From: a virus
Virus record (IMG/VR): IMGVR_UViG_3300033512_000103
Location: 1-41,263 of that record
DNA length: 41,263 nucleotides
Reading direction: 5' to 3' (one strand)
Shown here: one piece after another, positions 8,473 through 17,852 of the stretch
How the letters are laid out: every line of letters begins with the position of its first letter
Numbering within the stretch: position 1 is the first letter of the stretch
Position numbers and translations under genes: made by a program
The notes under the pieces: model-generated
Seen by the model: the letters and a program-made list of their open reading frames with translations, nothing else
The model's database searches: none
What the model was told of the DNA's origin: nothing

Positions 8473-8765
8473 ACCTCGAAGAAATACTAGATTTAATATT
8501 ACAAGGACTGACACTTATTGGAATAGTATTTGCGGTTTATTTTTATATTAGAAAGCCACAAGAAAAATCGGAGAGGAATGATGAAGTGTTTAGTGTCCTG
8601 TTCTCAAATTTGGAGAAGACTGTTGCTAACCTAAGAGATAATCATATCCACACTTTGGACAGCAAGTTGGACTCACACATAAGAGAAAATCAGACTAAAG
8701 CCATTGAAGACGCTAGAGCTTTCTCAAGGCTTGAAGCATTATTAGATCAGTTATTAAAAAAATAA
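8469..8765 (+). CDS. Hypothetical membrane protein (one N-terminal TM helix)
   Basis: Hydrophobic stretch ILDLILQGLTLIGIVFAVYFYI, followed by a charged helical region. Confidence 0.6.
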   Translation: MNLEEILDLILQGLTLIGIVFAVYFYIRKPQEKSERNDEVFSVLFSNLEKTVANLRDNHIHTLDSKLDSHIRENQTKAIEDARAFSRLEALLDQLLKK

Positions 8766-8766
8766 A

Positions 8767-9366
8767 ATGGAAAAACAATATTGTACAATCGAAGACATTG
8801 AAAATTATCTTCTAATTGAAATTTCTCCTGAATTTGAGGAACAAGTAGAGAAATGGATATCGGCAGTATCAAAGGAAATGGATATTCTTGCGAATAGAGT
8901 ATTAGTTGCTCCGGTTGTTGGAAGTGGTGATGAGTATGAGTCAAAATATTATGACGGTAATAATGACCGATATTTATCTATAGACGACTGTCAATCAATC
9001 CAAGAAGTTATCATCGGGGAAGAATTTGGCGATAATCCTGTCACGTTAGAGGCTACAGATTACGTTATAAACCCCAAAACACCCCCAATTTCGCAGATAA
9101 TCTTAAAGACCTCATACTTTCCACTTGGAATACAAAATATCACTATTAAAGGCAGTTTTGGACTAATGGCAGAAATAACAGATGATTTAAGTCTTGCCTG
9201 TGCAGTCTTGGTTGCGGGAATAATTAATTCTCAGAATAACGATAATCAAACTAAAAAGTCTGAAAGTATCGGATCTTATTCTGTGACTTACGGAGATGAA
9301 AAAGGTTTTAGTGATTATGAAGGGGCATTAAATACAATCAATAGTTATCGAAAGATAGAATATTAA
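8767..9366 (+). CDS. Head-tail connector / adaptor (gp6-like)
   Basis: The N-terminal CTIEDIENYLLIE...EQVEKWISAVSKEMD resembles gp6-like connector proteins. The position after the capsid fits. Confidence 0.55.
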   Translation: MEKQYCTIEDIENYLLIEISPEFEEQVEKWISAVSKEMDILANRVLVAPVVGSGDEYESKYYDGNNDRYLSIDDCQSIQEVIIGEEFGDNPVTLEATDYVINPKTPPISQIILKTSYFPLGIQNITIKGSFGLMAEITDDLSLACAVLVAGIINSQNNDNQTKKSESIGSYSVTYGDEKGFSDYEGALNTINSYRKIEY

Positions 9367-9370
9367 AAAA

Positions 9371-9700
9371 ATGATATCAGATTTCTTCACAACATTATAC
9401 GTCGTTAAAAGATCGGCTTGGTCCACTGACGAAGAGGGCAATCCTTATTCTGGTGAAGTTGAGGTTGGTTCTTTTATGGGACATATTCAAGACGCGCAGG
9501 CCGAACTTGTCGCGAGTCTTGGTTTAACACTTACTAAAATGTTCACAATCTGGTGTCCTGTTTCATCAAGTGTTTTGGCCGGCGATACTCTAGAGTCTAT
9601 TCAAGGTATTTATTCTGTTAAGGCAATTAGAACATTTAATATTGGAGATAATAAACATCTCGAAATAGTCGTTCAGTTAGATGAAGTAACCGGATCATAA
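9371..9700 (+). CDS. Head closure / head-tail joining protein (by synteny)
   Basis: 109 aa, in the position between the connector and the gp10-like protein. Confidence 0.45.
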   Translation: MISDFFTTLYVVKRSAWSTDEEGNPYSGEVEVGSFMGHIQDAQAELVASLGLTLTKMFTIWCPVSSSVLAGDTLESIQGIYSVKAIRTFNIGDNKHLEIVVQLDEVTGS

Positions 9701-10116
9701 TGATTTTCAAATTTTCAATCACTGGATTAGAAGCATTAAAGTCGGCCATAATAAATAATCCGAGTGTTGTTAAAAGTGAAGTAAATAAGTTTCTTACGCG
9801 CGCGACAGCTTTGTATATGTCGACGATCCAAAATAATCCGTGGAGAATGGGTATGTCAGGTGGTGGTTCTCCGGTTGCTGTTGTGAATGGTGGTAATCTA
9901 CGAGACACGCACAGAATTACCTCGACTCCGTGGAGTAAAACTATCGAACCTACGGCTTCGTATGCTCCTTATGTTCACGGTCTTGAGGGCTTCTCAAGAA
10001 AAGGTAAATACCAGTTACGTCCGTGGTTAGATTACGCCTTTGATTTGAGACAGAAGCAAGTCAGTGGTTTAGAGGCCGATATGATTAATAGCATAGTAAA
10101 TTCGTTAGCAAAATAA
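9700..10116 (+). CDS. HK97 gp10-like neck / tail component
   Basis: GGNLRDTHRI...SYAPYVHGLEG resembles the G.L+.S...YA.YVE.G pattern of the HK97 gp10 family. There is an ATGA start/stop overlap with the previous gene. Confidence 0.6.
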   Translation: MIFKFSITGLEALKSAIINNPSVVKSEVNKFLTRATALYMSTIQNNPWRMGMSGGGSPVAVVNGGNLRDTHRITSTPWSKTIEPTASYAPYVHGLEGFSRKGKYQLRPWLDYAFDLRQKQVSGLEADMINSIVNSLAK

Positions 10117-10117
10117 T

Positions 10118-10537
10118 ATGTATTCATTAATAATTCCAAAAATAAAAGAAATACTAGAGGGAATAAAGGCCGTAAAAGCGGTTTATCCATATCCTTTGGA
10201 CGGATCGCCAAAGAGTTACCCTGCCGTCATTTTCTATCCAGATCAAGTAGAAAATGTTTACAGTGATGACGGAAGTAATGAGCTACGATACAAGTTTAAG
10301 ATCTGGGTTGTCGTAGATTTGAGCGGTACAGATGAAGAAGGATCATTCACCTCAATATTGCCGAACGTCGTTGATAAAATAATCACTGAATTTGGCAAAG
10401 AATGGAGTCATCAAATAAACAATCAACGAGCTTGGCTGGTTATAGACTCCGGTGTTTGGGGTATGTCGGAAGAAAACAAATCTAAGCGGGCTTTTGCCGA
10501 ATTATCGCTTACTTTTAGAGTTTCTGAAGACATCTAA
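10118..10537 (+). CDS. Tail terminator / tail completion protein (by synteny)
   Basis: 139 aa, immediately upstream of the major tail protein. Confidence 0.45.
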   Translation: MYSLIIPKIKEILEGIKAVKAVYPYPLDGSPKSYPAVIFYPDQVENVYSDDGSNELRYKFKIWVVVDLSGTDEEGSFTSILPNVVDKIITEFGKEWSHQINNQRAWLVIDSGVWGMSEENKSKRAFAELSLTFRVSEDI

Positions 10538-10540
10538 GTA

Positions 10541-10549
10541 TGATATAAT
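10541..10549 (+). promoter_or_regulatory. Extended -10 promoter TGATATAAT (late consensus)
   Basis: tgatataatt at 10541-10550, 34 nt upstream of the ATG at 10584. Confidence 0.55.
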
Positions 10550-10583
10550 TATAGGTAGTTTATTAATTAATTTTATTAAAAAT

Positions 10584-11564
10584 ATGAAATTCATAGGAAG
10601 AGATATAAATTTTGCAGTTGCCGTAGAGTCGACTCGTGGTACAGCCGAAACTACAGCTAGCAGAACCGTAAGAAAAGTTGAATGTAACCTAATCCCTAAA
10701 GCGGAAAGAGTTATCGACGACTCAACTTTCGGAAGACTTGAAGACGCTGAACGAGTAAGAACCGTTCGCAAATGGAACGAAGGTGATGTTAGCGGTATTG
10801 TACACGCTGACGTTCTTGGTTACTTTTTACTAAACTTGTATGGTGATGTTATAAGTTCTGCAGACGCGGACGGATTTGAACACGTTTTCAGTCTAGAACA
10901 AAGCCTTGCACACCCTACTTTAACTATGTTTGTTAAAGACGGAGAAGTAAGACAGCAAAAAATTGCCGGTGGTGTTATTTCATCACTAGAAATTTCAGCG
11001 ACAACTGACAATTACGTTAGATATAATGCTTCATTTATCGGAAAATCAGGTGTTGATGACACTTCAGAATTACCAGCACTTGCAACTGAATATGACTTTA
11101 TTGGACGTGATATCGAAGTTAAAATTGCAAGCACTGAAGCTGGATTAGTTGGAGCAACAGCATTGAAACTAAAGGGCCTAAAGGTTACTTGGAACTCAAA
11201 CGCTGAAGCTGATTATGTTTTCGGTTCATTATCACCAGATGAAATAGACAACAGAACATTCTCAATCGAAGGAGAATTTGAAAGAAACTTTGTTGATGAA
11301 ACTTTCAAAGATTTATACGAAGGAGACGGTTTCGTTTATATGCAGATCAAAGTTGAGGGTGAAGAATTGGAATATTTAACAACAAAACCTGCAATCGTGG
11401 TTCTATTGAATAAGGTTCAAGTTACAGATTGGAGTCGTACTTCAGGCGGAAATGATTTGGTTACTGAAACTGTTTCATTTAAGGCTTTCCTAAATGCAGA
11501 TGACGAACAACAATCAGAAGTAACTTTGACTAACTTCACAGAGACTTACGCTATAGGTTCTTAA
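10584..11564 (+). CDS. Major tail (tube) protein, 326 aa
   Basis: Located before the chaperone pair and the tape measure. The ATG at 10584 avoids overlap with the upstream gene and follows the promoter. The track start at 10452 is rejected. Confidence 0.7.
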   Translation: MKFIGRDINFAVAVESTRGTAETTASRTVRKVECNLIPKAERVIDDSTFGRLEDAERVRTVRKWNEGDVSGIVHADVLGYFLLNLYGDVISSADADGFEHVFSLEQSLAHPTLTMFVKDGEVRQQKIAGGVISSLEISATTDNYVRYNASFIGKSGVDDTSELPALATEYDFIGRDIEVKIASTEAGLVGATALKLKGLKVTWNSNAEADYVFGSLSPDEIDNRTFSIEGEFERNFVDETFKDLYEGDGFVYMQIKVEGEELEYLTTKPAIVVLLNKVQVTDWSRTSGGNDLVTETVSFKAFLNADDEQQSEVTLTNFTETYAIGS

Positions 11565-11573
11565 TCTTAAAAT

Positions 11574-11870
11574 ATGGATCGTCCTACACAAAAATTTGAG
11601 TTACCTATCTCAAAGAAGGAAGTTGTCATAAAGGAATGGCTAACTGGACGTGAATTTGAAAAAACACAAGAGCCACTTCTTGAAAACTATAAAAAAGGTA
11701 TCGAGGCAATAAATTTTATTGACCTTAATCATAAGGTTATTGAGGCCTACGTTTTATCTGTCGCTGGTGTCGAAGAAAATGTATTAGATTTAATTCTAGA
11801 CTTACCTCAGGCTGATTATTCGTTTGTGTTCGATAAAATTAATGATCTTAAAAAAAAAGAACAGAAGTAA
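11574..11870 (+). CDS. Tail assembly chaperone (gpG-like)
   Basis: 98 aa, between the major tail protein and the tape measure. It contains an A9 slippery run near its 3' end. Confidence 0.7.
   Translation: MDRPTQKFELPISKKEVVIKEWLTGREFEKTQEPLLENYKKGIEAINFIDLNHKVIEAYVLSVAGVEENVLDLILDLPQADYSFVFDKINDLKKKEQK
11852..11858 (+). promoter_or_regulatory. Slippery heptamer A_AAA_AAA for a programmed -1 frameshift
   Basis: In frame 0 the codons are aaa(11853-55) and aaa(11856-58), preceded by a at 11852. The -1 frame is open from here to 11998. Confidence 0.6.
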
Positions 11871-11998
11871 CTAATATGACGCATATGTGCGTCAAAATGG
11901 GTTGGGATTATTATACCTATATGGCTCAGCCCACTTGGTTTATAGAGAGTTTGTCAAAATACTTTGATATGCTCTATAAAGCAGAAAACAGAAAATAA
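11858..11998 (+). CDS. -1 frame extension giving a gpGT-like chaperone fusion (about 141 aa in total)
   Basis: The -1 frame reads RTEVTNMTHMCVKMGWDYY... and stops at 11996-98, 3 nt before the tape measure ATG. This is the canonical G/GT arrangement. Confidence 0.55.
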   Translation, partial: RTEVTNMTHMCVKMGWDYYTYMAQPTWFIESLSKYFDMLYKAENRK

Positions 11999-12001
11999 CA
12001 A

Positions 12002-14227
12002 ATGGCTGACAAAAATTTAAAAATCGCAATAGAAGCAGTTGATAACGCAAAGAAAACTTTGGACGCTGTTCAAAAAGAATTGTCCGGAGTTTCTGGCGCT
12101 ATGGATAAGGTGAAAAAAGCCTCTGATAGTCAGACAGCTTCGATTTTTAAAGGGTTAGCCTCTTGGGATCTATTAAAAAAGTCCGTACGTACCGCGACGG
12201 ATTTTTTGCGTTCAAGTTTTAGCGAGAGTCTAGAGGGTTCTAGAGTAATGGCTCAAGTAAAAATAAATGTCGAAAATGCCGGCTTCGCCTATGATTCACT
12301 CTCTTCGAAGTTAAAAGAAGTTGGTAATTCGGCAGTTAAAATGGGTTTTGATGATGAAACTGCAACTGAAAGTCTATCTAAATTCCTTCTTATAACGAAG
12401 GATATGACTCAGGCTCAATCATTGTTGAACCTATCAATGGATCTCGCTAGAAATAAAAATATAGATCTATCAACAGCAACTAAACAGATCGCTTTAGTTA
12501 CACAAGGCAATACAAAAGCTCTAAAAGAATACGGAATAGAACTTGGTGATACTGCTACGACTGCAGATGTATTAATTGAAGCTCAGAGTAAATTAAAAGG
12601 ATCGACTGAGGCTTATGCGAATACGACAGCCGGAAAATTAGCTTCAATGAATGAGGAATGGGACAATATGAAGCAAGCTGTTGGAGACGGGCTAACTCCT
12701 GCTATGGCAGATTTTGCTAAGGTTGTTCAAAATAATTTACCAGCAATTATTGAGATGTTCAATAAATTGTCTTATGGAATATCTATTGCCGTTGGCTGGA
12801 TTGCAAAATTGGCCGGCGCTGATATGCAAAACTTTGCTTCACAAACAGAGGCAAACATAAAGAAACAAAACGAATTTGCCGACGCTATGAAGTTGGCAGA
12901 AGAAAACGGCTTTAAAGAAAATAAGGCTATGAAGGTAATGACGAACGAATACTTCAAAGCAGAGCAAGAAGTAACTCGTTTAACTATTGCAAAAAAGAAA
13001 CTGGAAGACGCAACAAAAGCCGGTGCGTTAAAAGGAACGGTTGGCGAATTGGAAACGCTTGGCGTTAAAGGTGTCGCAACTGCTCCACTAATATTTGGAT
13101 CAACTCAGGAAAGTAAAGATACCGCGAGCAAGGCACTTGCGTTAGTTAATGCTGAATTGGAAAAAAACCAAAATATATTGAAGATGACGAAGGTCGCTTA
13201 CGACACAACGACTAAGGCTATTTTTGAGACAAGTAGTGGTTTAACAAACATAGAAAACAAATCACAAGGTTCTGGTGAAGCAACTGATGATTTAAGTGAT
13301 TCGGTAAATAATTTATCAAAACAATTTGACGATTTAGGGGCTGTTGCAGATCAGGCTTTGTTTGATATCAGTGAGAAACACAAAACTTCACTAGATAATT
13401 TCAAAAAACAGCTTTCTGACATTCGTGCAGAAATGGAGAGTACAAAGAAGGAATTTGATAAACAAAAAACGGCAGATCAAAGTACCGTCGCCGGCGCTGT
13501 TATTGCTAATGAGCAAAGAATTGCTGACATTCAGACTGAATTAGCTGGAGAGGTTGAAAAAACAAAGCGTAGAGAACTCGAAGCAGAATTGGCTTCAAGA
13601 CAGCAATCAGAAATTGATAATGCTAGTTTCATTCAATCTATTTCAGATCAGGTCGCGGAAGCAAGGAGAGTTGCCGGATTAAGCGAACTAGAAAGGGCAA
13701 TAGAGGAGTACAATCAAAAGCGCGCACTCGCTGAGTCTGAATACTCAGACACGATCAACAAGTTGAAGAGCGAAATGAAGGAGATAAAGAAGCAACGTGA
13801 CGCTGAGAAGGCCTTATACCAAGAGAAAGTTGCTTTGATAAATAAATTGAACAGTGAAGCGTCTGCTAATTTAGCAAAATCCCTAGAAAACAACACGCTA
13901 AAAACCAAAGCCGAAATAAGTAAACAAATTGAATATTACAAGAATTTGGCTGAGGCGATTAATGCTTCTAAGACAGGAAATTCCGGTGCTATTACTAGAA
14001 TTCAAACAAGTATTAGGAAGGTCCAAGACGCAGTTATTTCGCCAAATGGTGACATCATATCAACTGATCCTAATGATTATATTATCGCTACGAAAAATCC
14101 GAAAAATCTTGGTGGTGGCGGTGGTAATGTTGTTATCAACATAGGAACTATGGTCGGAGAAAAAGAGTTCGCTCGCGCTATGGGCGATCAGATAATCGAG
14201 GAGCTTCAGTTAACTAGAAAAATGTAA
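12002..14227 (+). CDS. Tape measure protein
   Basis: 741 aa, largely coiled-coil. The N-terminal TMP-type region reads MGFDDETATESLSKFLLITKDMTQAQSLLNLSMDLA. The position fits. Confidence 0.88.
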   Translation: MADKNLKIAIEAVDNAKKTLDAVQKELSGVSGAMDKVKKASDSQTASIFKGLASWDLLKKSVRTATDFLRSSFSESLEGSRVMAQVKINVENAGFAYDSLSSKLKEVGNSAVKMGFDDETATESLSKFLLITKDMTQAQSLLNLSMDLARNKNIDLSTATKQIALVTQGNTKALKEYGIELGDTATTADVLIEAQSKLKGSTEAYANTTAGKLASMNEEWDNMKQAVGDGLTPAMADFAKVVQNNLPAIIEMFNKLSYGISIAVGWIAKLAGADMQNFASQTEANIKKQNEFADAMKLAEENGFKENKAMKVMTNEYFKAEQEVTRLTIAKKKLEDATKAGALKGTVGELETLGVKGVATAPLIFGSTQESKDTASKALALVNAELEKNQNILKMTKVAYDTTTKAIFETSSGLTNIENKSQGSGEATDDLSDSVNNLSKQFDDLGAVADQALFDISEKHKTSLDNFKKQLSDIRAEMESTKKEFDKQKTADQSTVAGAVIANEQRIADIQTELAGEVEKTKRRELEAELASRQQSEIDNASFIQSISDQVAEARRVAGLSELERAIEEYNQKRALAESEYSDTINKLKSEMKEIKKQRDAEKALYQEKVALINKLNSEASANLAKSLENNTLKTKAEISKQIEYYKNLAEAINASKTGNSGAITRIQTSIRKVQDAVISPNGDIISTDPNDYIIATKNPKNLGGGGGNVVINIGTMVGEKEFARAMGDQIIEELQLTRKM

Positions 14228-14230
14228 TTT

Positions 14231-17200
14231 ATGTCAGCAATTTATAAATTAAAAGTTAATACTGGTAAAATAACTGGAACGCTTACCGACTTTCCCGCTT
14301 ATCTTGATTTGTCTAATATGCCACTCTCATTTTGGGAGAATGTTAAAGACGGTGGCGGTGATATCCGAGTTTATTCTGATCTCGCGAAAACAACGGAACT
14401 TCCACGAGAAATATTATCTTGTGATGTGTATTCACAGACTGGAGAAATTTATACAAAAGTAACATCAATAGCTGACGAGACTGAGATATATATTTATGTT
14501 GACGGGACATCTTCAGAACCAGCGCGAGATTCAACTTACGGTTCTGATAATGTTTGGACAGACGCTTTTGGAATTTATCATTTTAGGAAAAATGATGATG
14601 ACTCTTCACCCTTTGCTAAAACTGGAACAATAAAAGAAGCAACACAAGAGGACGGCTATATAGATTTTAAAGGTGAAATATCAAAGGCAGAGTGGTTAAG
14701 TGGTGGAACTGCTTTACCATACGGAAAGGCAACTACATATAGAAGAATTGCACAATCATTTACTGTTGATTCTGTTTCTTCGGCTTTAACAGATATTTTA
14801 GCTAGAAGATTATCTAATACTGGTTCTCCTACAAATACAGTTAGAATTGCAATACAAGCTGATTCGTCTGGTAGTCCAAGCGGTACAAATCTAACATCAA
14901 AAGATTTATCTTCATCAGTTGCAACACCCCAAGATTCACTAAAACTAAACTGGACTTCCTCTACAATTACAGGTTTGCTAACCGCAGGTGTTACATATTG
15001 GTTAGTTTATTATGTTACAGCTAGTGAGAGTGATACTAATTACAGAAATCTTGCTTATGACCCAAGCGGAACTTACGGTGTATTGAAAGTATTTGACGGA
15101 ACAAATTGGAATACTGTCGCTGGTTCGTTATTATTTAAAGTTGCAAATAGCGGATATGTTGATGTCGGAAGTTATATTAATTGTGACTATAATGATTTTT
15201 CTATTTCTTTTGAATTAAAAACTGCACAGACAGGATATCAAAGTATTACATCTCGTTCACAAGGTTCTAGTGGTCAATTAGATTTTGGTAAGACCGCAAA
15301 CAGTTTAAGGTATGAGTCAACCACAAATAATGAATATCAAAAGGAGTCAATGACTTCTGGTATTACAATTACAGATAATACTTTTCATAAATATGTTCTA
15401 AATTCCACACCGACATCTTTTGATTTATATGTTGATAGTGTTTTAGCTTACACAACAACACCAAATACTGACGCAGTTGACCAAACATTTAGATACTTCG
15501 GTTCAGCACAGGATAATAACTATGCACAAGCAATACTTGGTCAGATGAAGAATTTTAAATTTAGACCCTCACTATTGTCTGCTCAAATAAGTGCAGAAAA
15601 AGAAAATCAAACTGATGTGGCTACTTTCTGGGAAATATACGAAGTACCAACGGTTTCAACTGAGGCCGTATCTGACCTATTTTGGAACTCCGGAACAGCT
15701 AATGGGTCGATTACTGATACTGGCGGTTTAAACGCAACCAGACGTGGTTTTTGCTATCTACAGGGCAATTCAGGCGACCCAACCATAGCTGACAGTGTTG
15801 TTTATGAGGACGGAGATTTCGGTATCGGTGAATTTAGTCTAGGCATAACTGGTTTAGATACAGAATTACCTTATCGAGTTAGAGCTTATGCAGTAAATGA
15901 AATTGGTATTTCTTATGGTGAAGTTGTTGATTATACAACAGATATTATTCATAACTTTTCAATAAAGATAAATGATGTTTGGAGAATGGGTGATATTCCA
16001 TATGATAGTTTTAGGATCACAGATAATATCAATCAACAAGTAGACCAAGCCTCTTTTGAATGTTCGAAATTCAAACCAAATTTAGGTGAAGAAATAATCG
16101 TTTATCAAGATAATGAGAAAGTATTTGGTGGTGTCGTCGTCAGAATTGAAACAAACAGAAAAGGATTAAAAGTAAAATATCAGGTTACTTGTAAAGACTT
16201 TTCTCAATATCTAAACAGAGAACTTATCACCGAAAGATTTAGTAACCAGACCGCAGATCAAATTATTGCTTACATAATAAGCGAGTATACAACTGGATTT
16301 ACCGGAGTCAATGTCGACGCTGACGTGAACATCACTCAAGTTTCATTCAATAGAGCAACAGTTACTCAGGCCCTTGATACACTCGCCGATCTTCTAAACT
16401 ATTATTGGTACGTTGATTATGATAAAGATATACATTTCTTTGCAAAAAATACTGAGATGTCTCCATTTAATTTGGACGAAACTTCAGGAAATCATAACTG
16501 GAACAGCTTAAAATTAGTTGAGGACTTTTCACAAATCAGAAATCAGATTTATATAGTTGGTGGAGAGTACGAAGCCGACGCAAGGACTGAGACATATATT
16601 GCTGACGGTACACAGAGACAATTTCCATTATCTTACAAATTCAAAACCATTACAGCCGTATCGGTAAACGGCGTACAAATGGACGTTGGAATTGACGGTG
16701 AAGATGAGGACAGTAATTTTGATGTTTTGTGGAGTTATTCGCAGAAGTACATAAGGTTTAAAGACTCAAATTACCCAGACGCAGGCGATACAATTTCTGT
16801 AACTGGTACTCCTCTTTTCCCTGTTATCGTAAAAGTTCCAGACGTAGCTTCTATTGCTGAATATGGACTATATGAATATAAAATTGTCGATTCAAATATA
16901 TCATCTAGAGATGACGCTATTGCCCGTGGTACAGCCGAACTAGAAGCATATTCTGAAGCAATAAATGAAGGGTCTTTCGAAACATATACTTCCGGATTGA
17001 GATCTGGACAGGTTATTCATATAAACGTCGGTGATATTGATGAGGATTTCGTAATTCAATCAGTGTCAATGAGTATGAGATCGCCAAATGACGCGGTTTG
17101 GTCAGTACGTGTTGCAACTTCTAGGACCATAGGAATTATCGCCTTCTTGCAGAAATTCTTAGTTCAGAAAGATGATGTCAAAGAGGGAGAAACATTGTTA

Positions 17201-17320
17201 GAATTAATGCAATACCAAGACGCTTCTGCCGATACTGCGTCAGTTTCCATAACAACAGCTTCACCGCCGTATGAATATGACGACGCCGGATCTAGATATG
17301 GCTTTGCAACTTGGTCTTAG
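14231..17320 (+). CDS. Large tail-tip / baseplate protein: DUF2341-like N-terminus, LamG-like jelly-roll, Fn3-like domain and a C-terminal tail-protein domain
   Basis: FPAYLDLSNMP...GGGDIRVY..ELPREI fits the DUF2341 pattern. A LamG-like module (aa about 165-452) is paralogous to part of ORF 19125. RRGFCY...LPYRVRAYAVNEIGISYGEVV is an Fn3-like motif. The gene follows the tape measure. Confidence 0.65.
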   Translation: MSAIYKLKVNTGKITGTLTDFPAYLDLSNMPLSFWENVKDGGGDIRVYSDLAKTTELPREILSCDVYSQTGEIYTKVTSIADETEIYIYVDGTSSEPARDSTYGSDNVWTDAFGIYHFRKNDDDSSPFAKTGTIKEATQEDGYIDFKGEISKAEWLSGGTALPYGKATTYRRIAQSFTVDSVSSALTDILARRLSNTGSPTNTVRIAIQADSSGSPSGTNLTSKDLSSSVATPQDSLKLNWTSSTITGLLTAGVTYWLVYYVTASESDTNYRNLAYDPSGTYGVLKVFDGTNWNTVAGSLLFKVANSGYVDVGSYINCDYNDFSISFELKTAQTGYQSITSRSQGSSGQLDFGKTANSLRYESTTNNEYQKESMTSGITITDNTFHKYVLNSTPTSFDLYVDSVLAYTTTPNTDAVDQTFRYFGSAQDNNYAQAILGQMKNFKFRPSLLSAQISAEKENQTDVATFWEIYEVPTVSTEAVSDLFWNSGTANGSITDTGGLNATRRGFCYLQGNSGDPTIADSVVYEDGDFGIGEFSLGITGLDTELPYRVRAYAVNEIGISYGEVVDYTTDIIHNFSIKINDVWRMGDIPYDSFRITDNINQQVDQASFECSKFKPNLGEEIIVYQDNEKVFGGVVVRIETNRKGLKVKYQVTCKDFSQYLNRELITERFSNQTADQIIAYIISEYTTGFTGVNVDADVNITQVSFNRATVTQALDTLADLLNYYWYVDYDKDIHFFAKNTEMSPFNLDETSGNHNWNSLKLVEDFSQIRNQIYIVGGEYEADARTETYIADGTQRQFPLSYKFKTITAVSVNGVQMDVGIDGEDEDSNFDVLWSYSQKYIRFKDSNYPDAGDTISVTGTPLFPVIVKVPDVASIAEYGLYEYKIVDSNISSRDDAIARGTAELEAYSEAINEGSFETYTSGLRSGQVIHINVGDIDEDFVIQSVSMSMRSPNDAVWSVRVATSRTIGIIAFLQKFLVQKDDVKEGETLLELMQYQDASADTASVSITTASPPYEYDDAGSRYGFATWS

Positions 17321-17343
17321 GAGTTTATTAAAAGGCTTATAAA

Positions 17344-17352
17344 TGATATAAT
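17344..17352 (+). promoter_or_regulatory. Extended -10 promoter TGATATAAT, 7 nt upstream of the ATG at 17360 (leaderless)
   Basis: tgatataat at 17344-17352, then tagtgaa, then atg. Confidence 0.6.
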
Positions 17353-17359
17353 TAGTGAA

Positions 17360-17851
17360 ATGGAAAACTTAAAGTTAAAAGAAAAATCATCATTGCGAGG
17401 CAGATTCCGCCTTATTTTAAGCGATCCTTTGACTAAGGAAATTCTACATATCGGAGAATGGCAAGAAAATATAATTTCAAATGCTGATACACACGGCCAT
17501 AATCTTTTTATTAGACAACTCGGTGGAGATGATACTTATCCACTAGCAATTACGCGCGCACGATTTGGAACTACAAACGTAGATCCAACAGAAGCAGATT
17601 CAGATATAGATTCACCTTTTGCTTATGACATTGAAATCGCTGACACTGTTATTGTAGATGAAAATACATTAAGACTTTATTTCTTTGCTCCAAGTGTTTA
17701 TATCGACGACGATACTTACTATACTTTCGCGACTTATTGCGGAACGCAAACCTTTTCAATGCACTTACTTGATAGTCCATTCGTCAAGGCTGGAAATGTC
17801 GACACGACGATTGAGTATGAGTATTTTATTAATAATGTAACAGGATCATAA
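17360..17851 (+). CDS. Hypothetical tail-module protein
   Basis: 163-aa ORF inside the tail fibre module with no recognisable motif. Confidence 0.55.
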   Translation: MENLKLKEKSSLRGRFRLILSDPLTKEILHIGEWQENIISNADTHGHNLFIRQLGGDDTYPLAITRARFGTTNVDPTEADSDIDSPFAYDIEIADTVIVDENTLRLYFFAPSVYIDDDTYYTFATYCGTQTFSMHLLDSPFVKAGNVDTTIEYEYFINNVTGS

Positions 17852-17852
17852 T

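Noticed and set aside
10452-10583. The upstream extension of the major tail protein ORF (track start 10452).
   Set aside because: It would overlap the preceding gene by 86 nt and read through the TGATATAATT promoter. The ATG at 10584 follows the promoter and gives a typical N-terminus.
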